From Anaerolineae bacterium (GTDB lineage Bacteria > Chloroflexota > Anaerolineae > SpSt-600): 64,000 bases of DNA. Position numbers and translations under genes: made by a program. The DNA lies in NCBI GenBank assembly GCA_042408195.1, contig JBHOQL010000040.1, positions 7,041 through 71,040 on the forward strand. Direction: 5' to 3'. Shown piece after piece: positions 18,226-28,004 of the stretch; the first letter of the stretch is position 1, and the number at the start of each line of letters is the position of its first letter. The notes beneath the pieces are model-generated. The model searched no databases. It worked only from the letters and a program-made list of their open reading frames with translations, and was not told where the DNA came from.

Positions 18226-19424
18226 GTCGCGAGGTAAAGGAGGAAAGAAAGGGCGAAGAGAGCTTCAAATCCCCCCAGATCCACCAAAATTCCCCCCAGG
18301 CCCGAGAGGAGTATTGCTATCCCTGCAATAGTATTGTAAAGGCCGATGTAGAGGGGACGCTCGCCCTCGGGGGAAAGCTTAATAGGGTAACTCATCCCTG
18401 CTATTGCTCCTGCAGGCAGGAACGCACCGTTGAGGAAAAAGACTAGAAGCATGAGATAAGGAAGCAGTGGGCCCTTAGGACGAACAGCCATGCCCATAGC
18501 CAATAGAACAGCAGCGGCGTTCCCCAGGCTGTATACTGTGAGGATTAATCGCTCCCCGAAACGGTCGGTCAACCGGCCCCACAATAGGTTAAAGGCGAGC
18601 TGCGTCGCTATACGCACGCTTAGGTAGAAGCCCAGCATCCCCGGGGTTGCTTCCAGAACCTTCTTGGCGTAAACGGTGAAGAAAGGCGTAGAAGCTCCAG
18701 CCAGGGCTAGGGAAATTTGGGTCAGGATGAAAATGAAGAATGTTTTATCCCTATGGAGAATGAAGAAGGCTCTCCGCCATTGCTCCTGAACCGTAACTGA
18801 GTTGGAATCGGCTTTACCAGGCGGCTCCCTTATCGCTATGAAGGCGGCCATAGCTGGGGCGGTTATCAAGCAATAAAGGACAAATAGGATTGAGAAGTTC
18901 TTGGGAAAAGGTAGGCCCGTTGAGTTCAAGATCTCTTTAACGATCCATCCTGAGCTTATCCCAAGGAGTCCTCCCGTCAGGAGCCTCCAAGCGAACAGAC
19001 TCCCGAGACGCTGTGGGGAAATGGTCTTGGCCGTAACTTCAAAGAAGGCTATCCCCGCTACCCCCGACACGAGCCTCGCCAGAAGGTAGAGGGAAAAGAA
19101 CGCTATAAGAAGCAGGGTAGGATTTCCGATGAAGAACACGGCCAGGGCCAGCAATATCCAGGCTGCCAGCCTTATGGCCGCCGTGTAAGTGTAGCTTGGC
19201 ATCTTCCTTTCCATCCGCTGGACGTAGGCGGAAACGAAAATTTGTGGAAGATACCAGCCTGCATCTCCAAGCGGGGCCACAAGTCCCGCGAGGAGATTGG
19301 AAGGGGTAAGCTGGCTCACAAACCAGGTGAGGACCAAAGGGGGATCTATGAGCCTCTCAGCAAAATTGAAGAGAGCACCGTTCACAACGTTAAGCAGGAA
19401 GCTGCGCTTCTCTTCCCTTTCCAT
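18195..19424 (-). CDS. MFS transporter
   Basis: About 12 predicted TM helices with an MFS-like topology. It is the last gene of the metal ABC transporter operon. Confidence 0.7.
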   Translation of the reverse strand: MEREEKRSFLLNVVNGALFNFAERLIDPPLVLTWFVSQLTPSNLLAGLVAPLGDAGWYLPQIFVSAYVQRMERKMPSYTYTAAIRLAAWILLALAVFFIGNPTLLLIAFFSLYLLARLVSGVAGIAFFEVTAKTISPQRLGSLFAWRLLTGGLLGISSGWIVKEILNSTGLPFPKNFSILFVLYCLITAPAMAAFIAIREPPGKADSNSVTVQEQWRRAFFILHRDKTFFIFILTQISLALAGASTPFFTVYAKKVLEATPGMLGFYLSVRIATQLAFNLLWGRLTDRFGERLILTVYSLGNAAAVLLAMGMAVRPKGPLLPYLMLLVFFLNGAFLPAGAIAGMSYPIKLSPEGERPLYIGLYNTIAGIAILLSGLGGILVDLGGFEALFALSFLLYLATYFLARKLPL

Positions 19425-19427
19425 AGG

Positions 19428-20276
19428 CTAAAGCCGGCGCTTCCGGGAGAGAGCGAGGGCCAAAAGGAAGAAAACCGTGGAAACGAGAACTATGGAGGCC
19501 CCCGAAGCTATCCCTAAATAATAGGAAACATACAGACCTATTACCCCCGAAACAACTCCTATGGCTGCCGATAGCGCTATCATGGTATGGAGGCGAGAGG
19601 CCAAGAGGTAGGCAGCAGCGGCTGGAGTTATGAGCAAAGCCACCGCCAGAGCTATTCCCACCGTCTGCAAGGAAACTACGACCGTTATGGATGTCATGGT
19701 CAGGAAAATGTAATTGAGAAGGTTAACCCTGATCCTCAGGGTGGAGGCCAGGACAGGGTCAAAGGCTACGACCATAAACTCCTTGAACAGGGCCGCCATC
19801 GTCAGAATGACAACTGCCCCAAGCCCACCGATTAGGGCTAGGTCACCCCAAGAGACCGCCAGGACGTTCCCGAAGAGGAAGTGGGCGAGGTCGACGGCGT
19901 AATTCCTTACGGAAGAAATTAAGGCTATACCCAAGGCTAACATCCCAGCAAAAATTATGCCTATAGAAGCATCTTCTCGCAGCTTTGTCTGTTTACTCAA
20001 AGCTCCGATACCCAGAGAGGCAAGGATAGCAGCGATAACAGCACCCCACAGGACTGGGCCTTTCGCACCCTTACCCAAAAGGTAGCCGATAGCCACGCCC
20101 GGTAGGATGGAGTGAGCTATGGCATCCCCGAGGAAGGTCATGCCCCTGAGCACCACGTAACTGCCCACCACCCCGCAGACGATCCCCACGATTATTGAGG
20201 CAATCAACGCTCTGACCATGAAGGGGTAAGCCAGAGGCGCAAGGAAGAATTCTACCATCGCTCCCCCCGGTCGCAA
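19428..20276 (-). CDS. znuB: Metal (Zn/Mn) ABC transporter permease
   Basis: ZnuB/MntB-like polytopic permease. Confidence 0.8.
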   Translation of the reverse strand: MRPGGAMVEFFLAPLAYPFMVRALIASIIVGIVCGVVGSYVVLRGMTFLGDAIAHSILPGVAIGYLLGKGAKGPVLWGAVIAAILASLGIGALSKQTKLREDASIGIIFAGMLALGIALISSVRNYAVDLAHFLFGNVLAVSWGDLALIGGLGAVVILTMAALFKEFMVVAFDPVLASTLRIRVNLLNYIFLTMTSITVVVSLQTVGIALAVALLITPAAAAYLLASRLHTMIALSAAIGVVSGVIGLYVSYYLGIASGASIVLVSTVFFLLALALSRKRRL

Positions 20277-21070
20277 CAGGTATCGCCTACTATTCTTAAG
20301 CCTTCGGCGGTTTGGAGGAACTGGAGGTGTCCTCCATAGGCCTGCTTGAGCAGCTCAGGCGTGAAAATAGCTTCGGGACAGCCAAAGCCCAGAAGACGGC
20401 GGTTGAGGAGCATCACCAGCTTGAAATGTTGAGAAGCCATCTCCAGATCGTGGGTTGCGATAATAATGGTAACTTCCCGTTGGTTCAACCCTTTCAGGAC
20501 CTGAAGGATTTCCTCCTGGGAAGGAGCATCTAAGCCATTAAATGGTTCATCCAAAAGCATTAGCTCAGCCTCCTGAGCGAGGGCTCTGGCGATGAAGGCT
20601 TTCTGCAGCTGCCCTCCCGATAGCTCCCTTATCGAGCGATGAGCTATATCCGCAAGGCCTACAATCTCCAGGGCGCCGTGGACTAGCTCCCAATCCTTCT
20701 TCCGGGGCCATATAAGGGGGCCAAGCTTGGCGATTCGCCCCATCATGACCACATCGGCTACCGTTGCTGGGAAATTCCAGTCCACTTCGCTCCGCTGGGG
20801 GATGTAGGCTATACAAATATGCTTGCCTGGCTCGGAGCCGTAGACGTTTACTTCGCCCTGTTGCGGTCTTATTAGCCCAGCTATGACCTTGAAAAGGGTG
20901 CTTTTGCCAGCGCCATTCGGCCCTACAAGGGCAACGAAGTCCCCTTTGTTCAGGGAAAAAGAGATGTCCTCCAGAACGGTAATCTCGTTGTAACGGACAG
21001 TAACACCTTTTAATTCCAAGACTGGGATACCCGATCTGTGCTCGAGGCCATTGCATGCAAAAGGCATCAT
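20252..21070 (-). CDS. znuC: Metal (Zn/Mn) ABC transporter ATP-binding protein
   Basis: It has Walker A (GPNGAGKST), the ABC signature (LSGGQLQ) and Walker B. Confidence 0.8.
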   Translation of the reverse strand: MMPFACNGLEHRSGIPVLELKGVTVRYNEITVLEDISFSLNKGDFVALVGPNGAGKSTLFKVIAGLIRPQQGEVNVYGSEPGKHICIAYIPQRSEVDWNFPATVADVVMMGRIAKLGPLIWPRKKDWELVHGALEIVGLADIAHRSIRELSGGQLQKAFIARALAQEAELMLLDEPFNGLDAPSQEEILQVLKGLNQREVTIIIATHDLEMASQHFKLVMLLNRRLLGFGCPEAIFTPELLKQAYGGHLQFLQTAEGLRIVGDTCCDRGERW

Positions 21071-21954
21071 TTCAGCGCCTCCGCTATAGCCGAAACATTG
21101 TAGCGCATTAGCTCAATGTAAGTTAAAGCAGGCCCATCCGGCTGAGAAAGAGATTCTATGTACAGAGGAACCACTTTAACCCCGGTATCCTGAGCTATCC
21201 ACTCGGCTATCTTGGGATTAGCGGAAGCACTCACGAAGATAGCTGGCACCCCTTCTTTCTTTATCAAATCTACAAATTCAGCCATATGTTGAGCCGATGG
21301 CTCGGCCAGGGTTGTAACTCCAGGGATGATAGTTCCCGCCCGCCGGAAGCCGTAACGTCGGGCAAAGTAGCTGAGGGCCAAGTGGTCGGTAACCAGCTTG
21401 CGCCGTTCTTCAGGTATGCCTTCCACCATTCTCCATATCCACGCATCAAGCTCCCGTAGCCTCTTCTCGTAGTCCTGGGCGTTTTTCCGGTAAAACTCCG
21501 CATTCTTTGGATCCACTTTCTCCAGTACGGAAGCAATGTGATGGGCCCAGACAATCACATTGCTGGGGTCAAGCCAGACATGAGGGTCAACCTCATGCTT
21601 TTCGTGGCCCTCAAAGGACAGAAGTTCTATGCCTTCCGATAGGTCGACCACAGTGGCATCGGGAGATGCGCTCCTAAGGAGACGTTCCAGGAAAGCCTCT
21701 TCCAGTCCTGCTCCGTTGAAGAAGACAATACGAGCTTGCGAAGCTTTGACCAGATCCTGCGGCGTGGGCTCATAGGAATGAGGGTCAGTTCCGGGTGGCA
21801 GAAGGACCAAAAGCTCAATGGCTTCTCCCCCCACCTCTCTGACCACATCCCCTATGATTGAGTGGGTAGCTACAACAGGCACTCTTTCCACCTTGCCGGG
21901 CGCCGAAAAGCATCCCGCCAGGAACAAGACCAGTAGAACGATTGCCCTCAGCAT
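21067..21954 (-). CDS. znuA: Metal ABC transporter substrate-binding lipoprotein (ZnuA/TroA family)
   Basis: It has a lipoprotein signal peptide (MLRAIVLLVLFLAGC), metal-binding His residues and a His-rich loop (HEKHEVDPH). The start was trimmed from the track ORF. Confidence 0.8.
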   Translation of the reverse strand: MLRAIVLLVLFLAGCFSAPGKVERVPVVATHSIIGDVVREVGGEAIELLVLLPPGTDPHSYEPTPQDLVKASQARIVFFNGAGLEEAFLERLLRSASPDATVVDLSEGIELLSFEGHEKHEVDPHVWLDPSNVIVWAHHIASVLEKVDPKNAEFYRKNAQDYEKRLRELDAWIWRMVEGIPEERRKLVTDHLALSYFARRYGFRRAGTIIPGVTTLAEPSAQHMAEFVDLIKKEGVPAIFVSASANPKIAEWIAQDTGVKVVPLYIESLSQPDGPALTYIELMRYNVSAIAEALK

Positions 21955-22099
21955 CTTTGCACAACCCCACGGGGAATAATACAGCAGGGAAGAGTATAGC
22001 ACAACTCAAAGGGCGGGGCAAGGAAAATTCGACGGCCTTTGTCTATGGGGCAAGAGGATGTTATAATCCGGAAAGTATTCCGGAGAGAAGGAGGTAAGT

Positions 22100-23095
22100 T
22101 TGGTCAACAAAATTTTCCCAAGTCTCATTTTAGCTTTGCTTGTCGTCGCTACAGTAGCGATTTCGCAAGTCTGGGAAGGTCCTTCTCCTTCGAAGCTCCT
22201 CGTAACCCCAACCTTTACTCCTACACCAACGCCCACGCTAACGCCAACCCCGAGCCCTACTCCCACTCCCAATCCTACGCCGACTCCCACCCCTCTTCCA
22301 TCGCCCACTCCGACCCCCACCCCTTTTGCAGTTCCACAAGCTCAGATTTTGGAGCCTACCCACTTCTGGCTTTCCAGGCCTATATCCCTACAGGAAGGGG
22401 GTTGGGTGAATTTCCTTTACCCTTACGGGACAACCGGCGGGGGAGAGTACCTGGTCCACCACGGGATTGACATAGCCGGGAATCAGGATACGATGGTCCT
22501 GGCAGCAGGTGATGGCGAAGTAGTAGTGGCAGGAGATGACCACCAGGTCGCTTACGGCCCCACTACCGATTTTTACGGTAATCTCATAGTGGTGAAGCTT
22601 GAACAGGACTATAAAGGTAAGCCCGTTTATTATCTCTACGGACACCTTTCAAAGGTACTAGTGGAGCCCGGACAGAAGGTGAAAAGAGGAGAACCGGTTG
22701 GTTTTGTGGGCAGGACCGGCATAGCTCTGGGATACCACCTCCACATGGAGGTAAGGGTTGGGGAAAACTCGTACGCTGCTACCCGCAATCCGCTCCTGTG
22801 GGTGGAGCCTCTTCCAAGACGGGGTGTGGTGGCCGGAAGGATACTGGATATAAAAGGGGAAATGCCTCCAGAGGTCCTGGTAGTGCTGGTTGGGAAAGAG
22901 AGGAGGGAGACCTGGACTTACCGACTTAGCCCTGGGGTAAATCCGGATGATGAGCTCCGGGAAAATTTCGTTTTTGGGGATTTAGCCCCCGGCGAATACA
23001 TGTTGGAAGTGAAACTCGGGCCGCACCTTTACAGGCGGAAAGTGGTGGTGGAAGGAGGTAAGCTCTCCTTCGTGGAAATCAGGGCCATAGATTAG
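22100..23095 (+). CDS. Secreted M23-family metallopeptidase with a Pro-Thr linker
   Basis: It has a TTG start with a GAAGGAGG RBS and a signal peptide. A PT-rich linker precedes an M23 domain (HHGIDIAG...GHLS...GYHLHMEV). Confidence 0.8.
   Translation: MVNKIFPSLILALLVVATVAISQVWEGPSPSKLLVTPTFTPTPTPTLTPTPSPTPTPNPTPTPTPLPSPTPTPTPFAVPQAQILEPTHFWLSRPISLQEGGWVNFLYPYGTTGGGEYLVHHGIDIAGNQDTMVLAAGDGEVVVAGDDHQVAYGPTTDFYGNLIVVKLEQDYKGKPVYYLYGHLSKVLVEPGQKVKRGEPVGFVGRTGIALGYHLHMEVRVGENSYAATRNPLLWVEPLPRRGVVAGRILDIKGEMPPEVLVVLVGKERRETWTYRLSPGVNPDDELRENFVFGDLAPGEYMLEVKLGPHLYRRKVVVEGGKLSFVEIRAID
22202..22327 (+). repeat. Coding low-complexity Pro-Thr (PTPTPT) linker repeat in the M23 peptidase
   Basis: TPTFTPTPTPTLTPTPSPTPTPNPTPTPTPLPSPTPTPTP. 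This explains the spurious antisense ORF rich in GVGVG. Confidence 0.8.
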
Positions 23096-23954
23096 CTGGA
23101 CGAACCCCAAAGTATTTTTCCGCCAAGGAATGGAGGAACCCCGTTTCCCGTAGGTGAAAGAGGGCCTCGTTTATCTTGTTCAGTAGGGCTTTGTTCTTTA
23201 AATTTACGACGACCACATAGGGAGTACTGACTAGAGCTGGGGCCAGGACTTTCACACCCCCTTCTCGCCCCCAGAAGGAGTAAGCAGAGATAGCATCGGC
23301 GAAGCAGGCCTCAGCTTGGCCTTCTTTTAAGGCACGCAGTGCTTCCTCAATGATTGGGTAAAGCTTTACTTCCAAGTCTCCTAACTTTACCTTGAGGCGC
23401 CGCGCCTCCACGTCTCCCGTGGAACCCCATTCCACCGCCACCCTCTTGCCCTTCAGATCTTCAGGGGAGCGGATTTCAGTCTCGTCTTCCCTCACCACCA
23501 GCATTAGGCCAGCTTCAAAGTAAGAAATAGAAAAGGCCACATCCTGAGTTAAAAGGGGGTCGTAGGGGAGGGCTGAGATGGCCATGTCACACCGGCGGGC
23601 TTTTACGGCATCGTAAAGGCCGTCAAATCCAACTGTCGCTATCTCCACCTTTATTCCCAAATAATTCCCGATGGCCCTGGCCATGTCCACATCAAAACCA
23701 CGTATTTCACCGGAATTTTCATCGGTGTATTCAAAGGGGGGGTAGCTCGGGTCGAGGCAGACGGTCATGAATCCTCGCTTGAGGATATCTTCCCAGGCCT
23801 CATCGTTCCGGAAGAAAAGGAAGTAGAAAACAACGCCCAGAAAGATCAGGGGTATAGGCAAGAATTTAGGGAGATTTCTCCAGAGCCAATTCGCCGCGAG
23901 CATACTTCTGCACCTCAAGATAAATGGGCTTCGGTGTAAAGTCCACTGCCACAA
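23079..23954 (-). CDS. Amino-acid ABC transporter substrate-binding protein (family 3), membrane-anchored
   Basis: The SBP_bac_3-like core includes FEYTDENSGEIRGFDVDMARAIG. There is an N-terminal TM segment. The start is uncertain; an alternative Met lies at about 23903. Confidence 0.7.
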   Translation of the reverse strand: MWQWTLHRSPFILRCRSMLAANWLWRNLPKFLPIPLIFLGVVFYFLFFRNDEAWEDILKRGFMTVCLDPSYPPFEYTDENSGEIRGFDVDMARAIGNYLGIKVEIATVGFDGLYDAVKARRCDMAISALPYDPLLTQDVAFSISYFEAGLMLVVREDETEIRSPEDLKGKRVAVEWGSTGDVEARRLKVKLGDLEVKLYPIIEEALRALKEGQAEACFADAISAYSFWGREGGVKVLAPALVSTPYVVVVNLKNKALLNKINEALFHLRETGFLHSLAEKYFGVRPANLWP

Positions 23955-24996
23955 AGGTGAAATAATCTTGATAAGTATGAGTCGCCCAAGGATAGCGGAA
24001 GGCCCATAAGCAGAGGGCCAAGCACCACTCCCACTCCTTTAAGGCGATTTCGTAAGCCCTTAAGGTGTACTCTATACGCTGGGCAGGCCGGACCGCCTTG
24101 CTCCACCGGGGGTGGTCGTTCCAGCCTCCTTCGGTTATGATAATGGGCTTGTGGACATCGCCGTTCTCCACCATTATCTGACGCAAGAGTTCGACCCGGC
24201 GGAAATTGACTTTATCCGGAGCTGGAGGATCATCGGGAGGAAAGGTCCAGCCGTAGGAATGAACAGCCAGGATGTCAAAATAATCCTTCGCTCCAGCTTG
24301 ATACATCCTCCTTAGGAATTCCAGGTCATTCATCCCCCACGGATCCCCGGGTGAGGCAAGAGTTGGCGCCAAAGCCCCAGCCAACACTTTGATTTCGGGG
24401 TCAGCTTCTTTGGCACGGCGATAAGCTATTTTCAGAAGCTTGGTGTAGCCTTCGGGATCCACAGGGCGGTATCCCCACTCCAAGCTAATGTTGGGTTCGT
24501 TCCAAATAATTATGTATTGAATTTTGCCCCGGAAATGCTCCACGAAGGCGTAGACAAAGTCTCCAAAGTCCTCATAATGCTCTTCGTCCAGATAGGAGAA
24601 GGCCGAATCCTTAGGACGAGCCCATTTCGGAACGAAACCCAGCCTAGCTATAACTGTAAGGCCCTGGTTCAGGGCATGTTTAACGACCATATCAGGGTGA
24701 GTCCAGTTAAAGGAGCCTTTCTTGGGTTCGTAATAGGCCCACGGAAAGTACTCCACGATCCACGGTGCACCCATCTCCCGCACCATCTCCAAAGTGCGCT
24801 TTACTTTCCACTCTTCCACCTCATCGGTAAGGCGGGTATGAACCCCCATTTTGGGGTTTACAGTCACAACCTTCTGCGGTGGACCCAGAGTGACAAGAAG
24901 AGGGGAAGGTGCTATAACCCACCGTAGCAGTATTAATAGGACTAAGCCCCGCCAGAGAACAGGCTTCCTCAGCCTTTCACTTATACCGGTAAACAA
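23866..24996 (-). CDS. Glycoside hydrolase, GH5/clan GH-A-like
   Basis: The (beta/alpha)8 signature has the NEP acid/base motif ([14 protein letters not shown]). There is an N-terminal signal/TM segment. Confidence 0.55.
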   Translation of the reverse strand: MFTGISERLRKPVLWRGLVLLILLRWVIAPSPLLVTLGPPQKVVTVNPKMGVHTRLTDEVEEWKVKRTLEMVREMGAPWIVEYFPWAYYEPKKGSFNWTHPDMVVKHALNQGLTVIARLGFVPKWARPKDSAFSYLDEEHYEDFGDFVYAFVEHFRGKIQYIIIWNEPNISLEWGYRPVDPEGYTKLLKIAYRRAKEADPEIKVLAGALAPTLASPGDPWGMNDLEFLRRMYQAGAKDYFDILAVHSYGWTFPPDDPPAPDKVNFRRVELLRQIMVENGDVHKPIIITEGGWNDHPRWSKAVRPAQRIEYTLRAYEIALKEWEWCLALCLWAFRYPWATHTYQDYFTFVAVDFTPKPIYLEVQKYARGELALEKSP

Positions 24997-25219
24997 TTCG
25001 CCCTCGGGTCAAATCGTAGGGTGAAAGCTCAACCCTTACCCTATCGCCTACTAGGACATGGATATAGTACATGCGCATTTTGCCGGAGACGTGGGCCAGG
25101 ACTTCGTGGCCTGTGTCCAGTTTGACTTTGAACATAGCATTGGGCAGGGCCTGAACCACGGTGCCATCCATCTCCAAGGTTTCCTTTTTCTTTTTAGGCT
25201 CCTCTTTCTTAGGGTTCAT
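24977..25219 (-). CDS. infA: Translation initiation factor IF-1 with a Lys-rich N-terminal extension
   Basis: [66 protein letters not shown] follows GGAGGAG-ATG. Confidence 0.85.
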   Translation of the reverse strand: MNPKKEEPKKKKETLEMDGTVVQALPNAMFKVKLDTGHEVLAHVSGKMRMYYIHVLVGDRVRVELSPYDLTRGRIVYRYK

Positions 25220-27170
25220 TGGATTCTCCTCCCCTCACAGGTATATAAGCTCTAAGGTTTTCATCGTATTGGACATAACCCTTCTCCTCTAGCTTTTCCA
25301 TAAGGCGAGCAGCTTTAGGATACCCGAGCCTAAGTTTGCGCTGGAGGAGGGATATTGATACGCGCTGATGAGAGGCCAAAATTTGCAAGGCCTCTTTCAC
25401 GAGGTCATCTTCTTCTTCCTGCAGCACTTCTTTCCCCCAGGGGACTGGGGGTCGAGCTTCAAAGGGTCTTCTGGCCTGCCAGAAGGCTACCACTTTTTTC
25501 ACTTCCTCTTTTGATACATAGCAGCCCTGAACTCGTATAGGGTAAGGACGATCGGGGGGAAGGAAGAGCATGTCCCCTCTGCCCAGGAGACGCTCGGCTC
25601 CAGCCATGTCCAGCACAACTCTGGAGTCCACCTGGCTGGTAACCTGGAAACTTATTCGGGCAGGAAAGTTGGCTTTTATGAGACCTGTTATCACATCTAC
25701 ACTCGGCCTCTGAGTACTGAGGATTACATGGATCCCAGTAGCCCTGCTGAGCTGAGCCAGCCGCGTCAGCCTACTTTCCGCTTCATCAGGCGCCGCCAGC
25801 ATGAGGTCGGCCAACTCGTCCACTATGAGTACGATCCAGGGCATTGGCTCCTCAGGGGCGCCAGCATTGTACTCTTCCAAATTCCTGGCCCCTTTATAGG
25901 CAAATTCTTCATACCTCCTCTCCATCTCTCTTATAAGCCAGTTCAGGGCCTTTACCGCTTCCTCAACCTCCACGATTACCGGACCCAGCAGGTGCGGGAG
26001 ACCGTTGAAATGGACCAGTTCCACCCGCTTTGGGTCTACCAAGATAAGGCGAAGCCTCTCAGGGGGATGCTGGGAAACCAGGCAGGCGATTATGGCATTG
26101 ATGCAAACACTTTTGCCCGACCCCGTGGCTCCGGCAATGAGGAGATGAGGCATGGAGGCAAGGTCCGCCACCACTGGTTGGCCGGAGACCCCCTTGCCCA
26201 GAGCGAGCTTTAGGGGAGACTTATCCTGGCGAAATTCCTTGCTCTCCATCACTTCCCGAAGAGTCACAAGGGCTGGTTTTTCGTTGGGGATTTCAATTCC
26301 CACATAAGGACGACCGGGGACAGGGGCCTCTATGCGTATGGGAGCAACCGAAAGGGCCAAAGCTATGTCATCGGCCAGGGCTGCTATTTGAGCGACCCTA
26401 ACTCGGGTGCGTTGGATTTTACCGTCTTTCCCTACCTTCTCCACAAAGCCTGGCTCAACCCCGAACTGGGTCACAACGGGGCCACGGTTTATAGCCACTA
26501 CTTTCGCTGGAATGTTGAAGCTGGCGAGAGTCTTTTCCAAAAGCTGGGCCATGCGCTGCAGCTCTACGTCGCTCGTCTTCGAAGACCTGGGAGGCTGGAA
26601 AAGCTCCATGGGTGGAAGGCCCCTTGGGGAAGGATGAATAGGCTTCTCAGGTGGAGTGGGCTGTGTTTTGGGCCTGGGGGAATGGGGTTTCTGCCGTCGC
26701 GGGGGAGGTGATTCGGAAGGAACTGGCTTGGGGAAAGTTAGCAAACTCATACCGAGGAACGTTAGCGCGAGCAAGACCAGGGAACTACCCAGCTTCCCCA
26801 TCAAACCTGCTAGAGAGGAAGAGAGGGCCCAGCCTACGTATCCCCCCCCTCTACCCTGGTAAGCCAGTCCCAGGGGATCAATGGTGGGCCAGAGCAGGTG
26901 CACCAGAGCTAAGAGGGAGAAAAAGCAGAGCTCAAGACCAGCCAGCAATCTCCAAGGAGTTTCTTTCTGCCTCAGGCACCAGCCTGAAAAGGCGAAAAGG
27001 AGTGAAGCGGGCAAAGCACCAAACCCAAAAAGGAAACGCCACCCATCGCCAAACCAATCAGTAATTATACCCCCTTTCCAAGGCAAGAGGCTTATAGAAC
27101 CCAATAAGCCCAGGACGATCAGAACATAAGGGCCCGAGCCTTTAACCTTCTCGAAGTTCCACCTCCTCAT
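25209..27170 (-). CDS. ftsK: DNA translocase FtsK/SpoIIIE
   Basis: It has N-terminal TM helices, a Pro-rich linker, a motor domain (Walker A GATGSGKS) and a C-terminal gamma winged helix. Confidence 0.9.
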   Translation of the reverse strand: MRRWNFEKVKGSGPYVLIVLGLLGSISLLPWKGGIITDWFGDGWRFLFGFGALPASLLFAFSGWCLRQKETPWRLLAGLELCFFSLLALVHLLWPTIDPLGLAYQGRGGGYVGWALSSSLAGLMGKLGSSLVLLALTFLGMSLLTFPKPVPSESPPPRRQKPHSPRPKTQPTPPEKPIHPSPRGLPPMELFQPPRSSKTSDVELQRMAQLLEKTLASFNIPAKVVAINRGPVVTQFGVEPGFVEKVGKDGKIQRTRVRVAQIAALADDIALALSVAPIRIEAPVPGRPYVGIEIPNEKPALVTLREVMESKEFRQDKSPLKLALGKGVSGQPVVADLASMPHLLIAGATGSGKSVCINAIIACLVSQHPPERLRLILVDPKRVELVHFNGLPHLLGPVIVEVEEAVKALNWLIREMERRYEEFAYKGARNLEEYNAGAPEEPMPWIVLIVDELADLMLAAPDEAESRLTRLAQLSRATGIHVILSTQRPSVDVITGLIKANFPARISFQVTSQVDSRVVLDMAGAERLLGRGDMLFLPPDRPYPIRVQGCYVSKEEVKKVVAFWQARRPFEARPPVPWGKEVLQEEEDDLVKEALQILASHQRVSISLLQRKLRLGYPKAARLMEKLEEKGYVQYDENLRAYIPVRGGESNEP

Positions 27171-28003
27171 TTCTTCTTTTTCTTAATAATAGAATGAGGA
27201 ACCCTCCTGGTGCTGAGGCTGAGCTTATAGTTCTTCTCATCTACCTCCAGGACCTGAGCCACTACCTCATCCCCTTCTTCCACCACATTGCGGGGGTGTA
27301 TGAAGTTGCCTTCCGCCAGTTCAGAGATGTGGATCAACCCTTCAAGGCCCCTTTCCACTTCCACAAAGACCCCGAAATCCGAAACGTTGGTAACCTTGCC
27401 CCGCACAATTTGCCCTACTTTATATCTCTCCTCAACACCTACCCAGGGATCAGGCTGGAGGCGCTTTATGCTCAGGGCTATCCTCCTTTCCTGCGGGTTT
27501 ATGTCCATAACCAGAACATCCACTTCCTGGCCTGGCTTAAGGACTTGCGAAGGATGTTCGATCCTATTCCAAGATATTTCTGAGATATGGACGAGCCCTT
27601 CAAGCCCACCGAGCTCCACGAAAGCTCCGAAAGGCTTAATAGTAGTAACAACACCTTTCACAACCTGACCTGGACGCACCCTTTCCCAGAAATCTTTACC
27701 TTCGCTTTTCAAAAAAGCTTCCCTCTCCGATAGGACGAGCCTGTTGCGGCTACGGTCCACCTCGATTATCTTGAGCTTTAACTTTTCCCCAACCCACCCT
27801 GCCAGAAATGAGAACCGCTCCTTAGCGGAAAGGCCGTAAGGGATGAAGGAAACCTGAGAAAGGGGGACAAACCCTTTTATACTGTTGAACTGAACCACAA
27901 AGCCGCCTTGGTTGTATCCTATAACGGGTAATTCGAGGATAGCACCTGTCTGAAAAAGGCGTTCTACTTCCTCCCAATCAGTCGGATGTGAAGGCTCCAT
28001 AGC
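27167..28003 (-). CDS. S1 RNA-binding-domain protein (short ribosomal protein S1 homolog) with a poly-Lys tail
   Basis: It has three to four S1 repeats (GQVVKGVVTTIKPFGAFVEL..., GQIVRGKVTNVSDFGVFVEV...) and ends in KKKKK. The start MEPSHP lies immediately after the upstream stop. Confidence 0.7.
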   Translation of the reverse strand, partial: AMEPSHPTDWEEVERLFQTGAILELPVIGYNQGGFVVQFNSIKGFVPLSQVSFIPYGLSAKERFSFLAGWVGEKLKLKIIEVDRSRNRLVLSEREAFLKSEGKDFWERVRPGQVVKGVVTTIKPFGAFVELGGLEGLVHISEISWNRIEHPSQVLKPGQEVDVLVMDINPQERRIALSIKRLQPDPWVGVEERYKVGQIVRGKVTNVSDFGVFVEVERGLEGLIHISELAEGNFIHPRNVVEEGDEVVAQVLEVDEKNYKLSLSTRRVPHSIIKKKKK

Positions 28004-28004
28004 T

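Noticed and set aside
22000-22002. Track start (GTG at 22002) for the znuA homolog, giving the N-terminus MLYSSLLYYSPWGCAK
   Set aside because: That start lies inside the predicted -10 (TATACT) of the gene's own promoter. The lipoprotein signal peptide begins at the internal Met (MLRAIVLLVLFLAGC), so the gene start was set to 21954.
22006-22320. Gly-Val-rich ORFs (MGVGVGDGRGVGVGVGLGV... and the GH3 antisense MARRVLPKWKRVGFGPGTVVGTGVGKGVG...) and a nucleotide-level short-period repeat that could be mistaken for a repeat array
   Set aside because: These are the reverse-strand reading of the Pro-Thr linker codons of the M23 peptidase and GH3 genes. There is no spacer-repeat structure, so it is not CRISPR-like.
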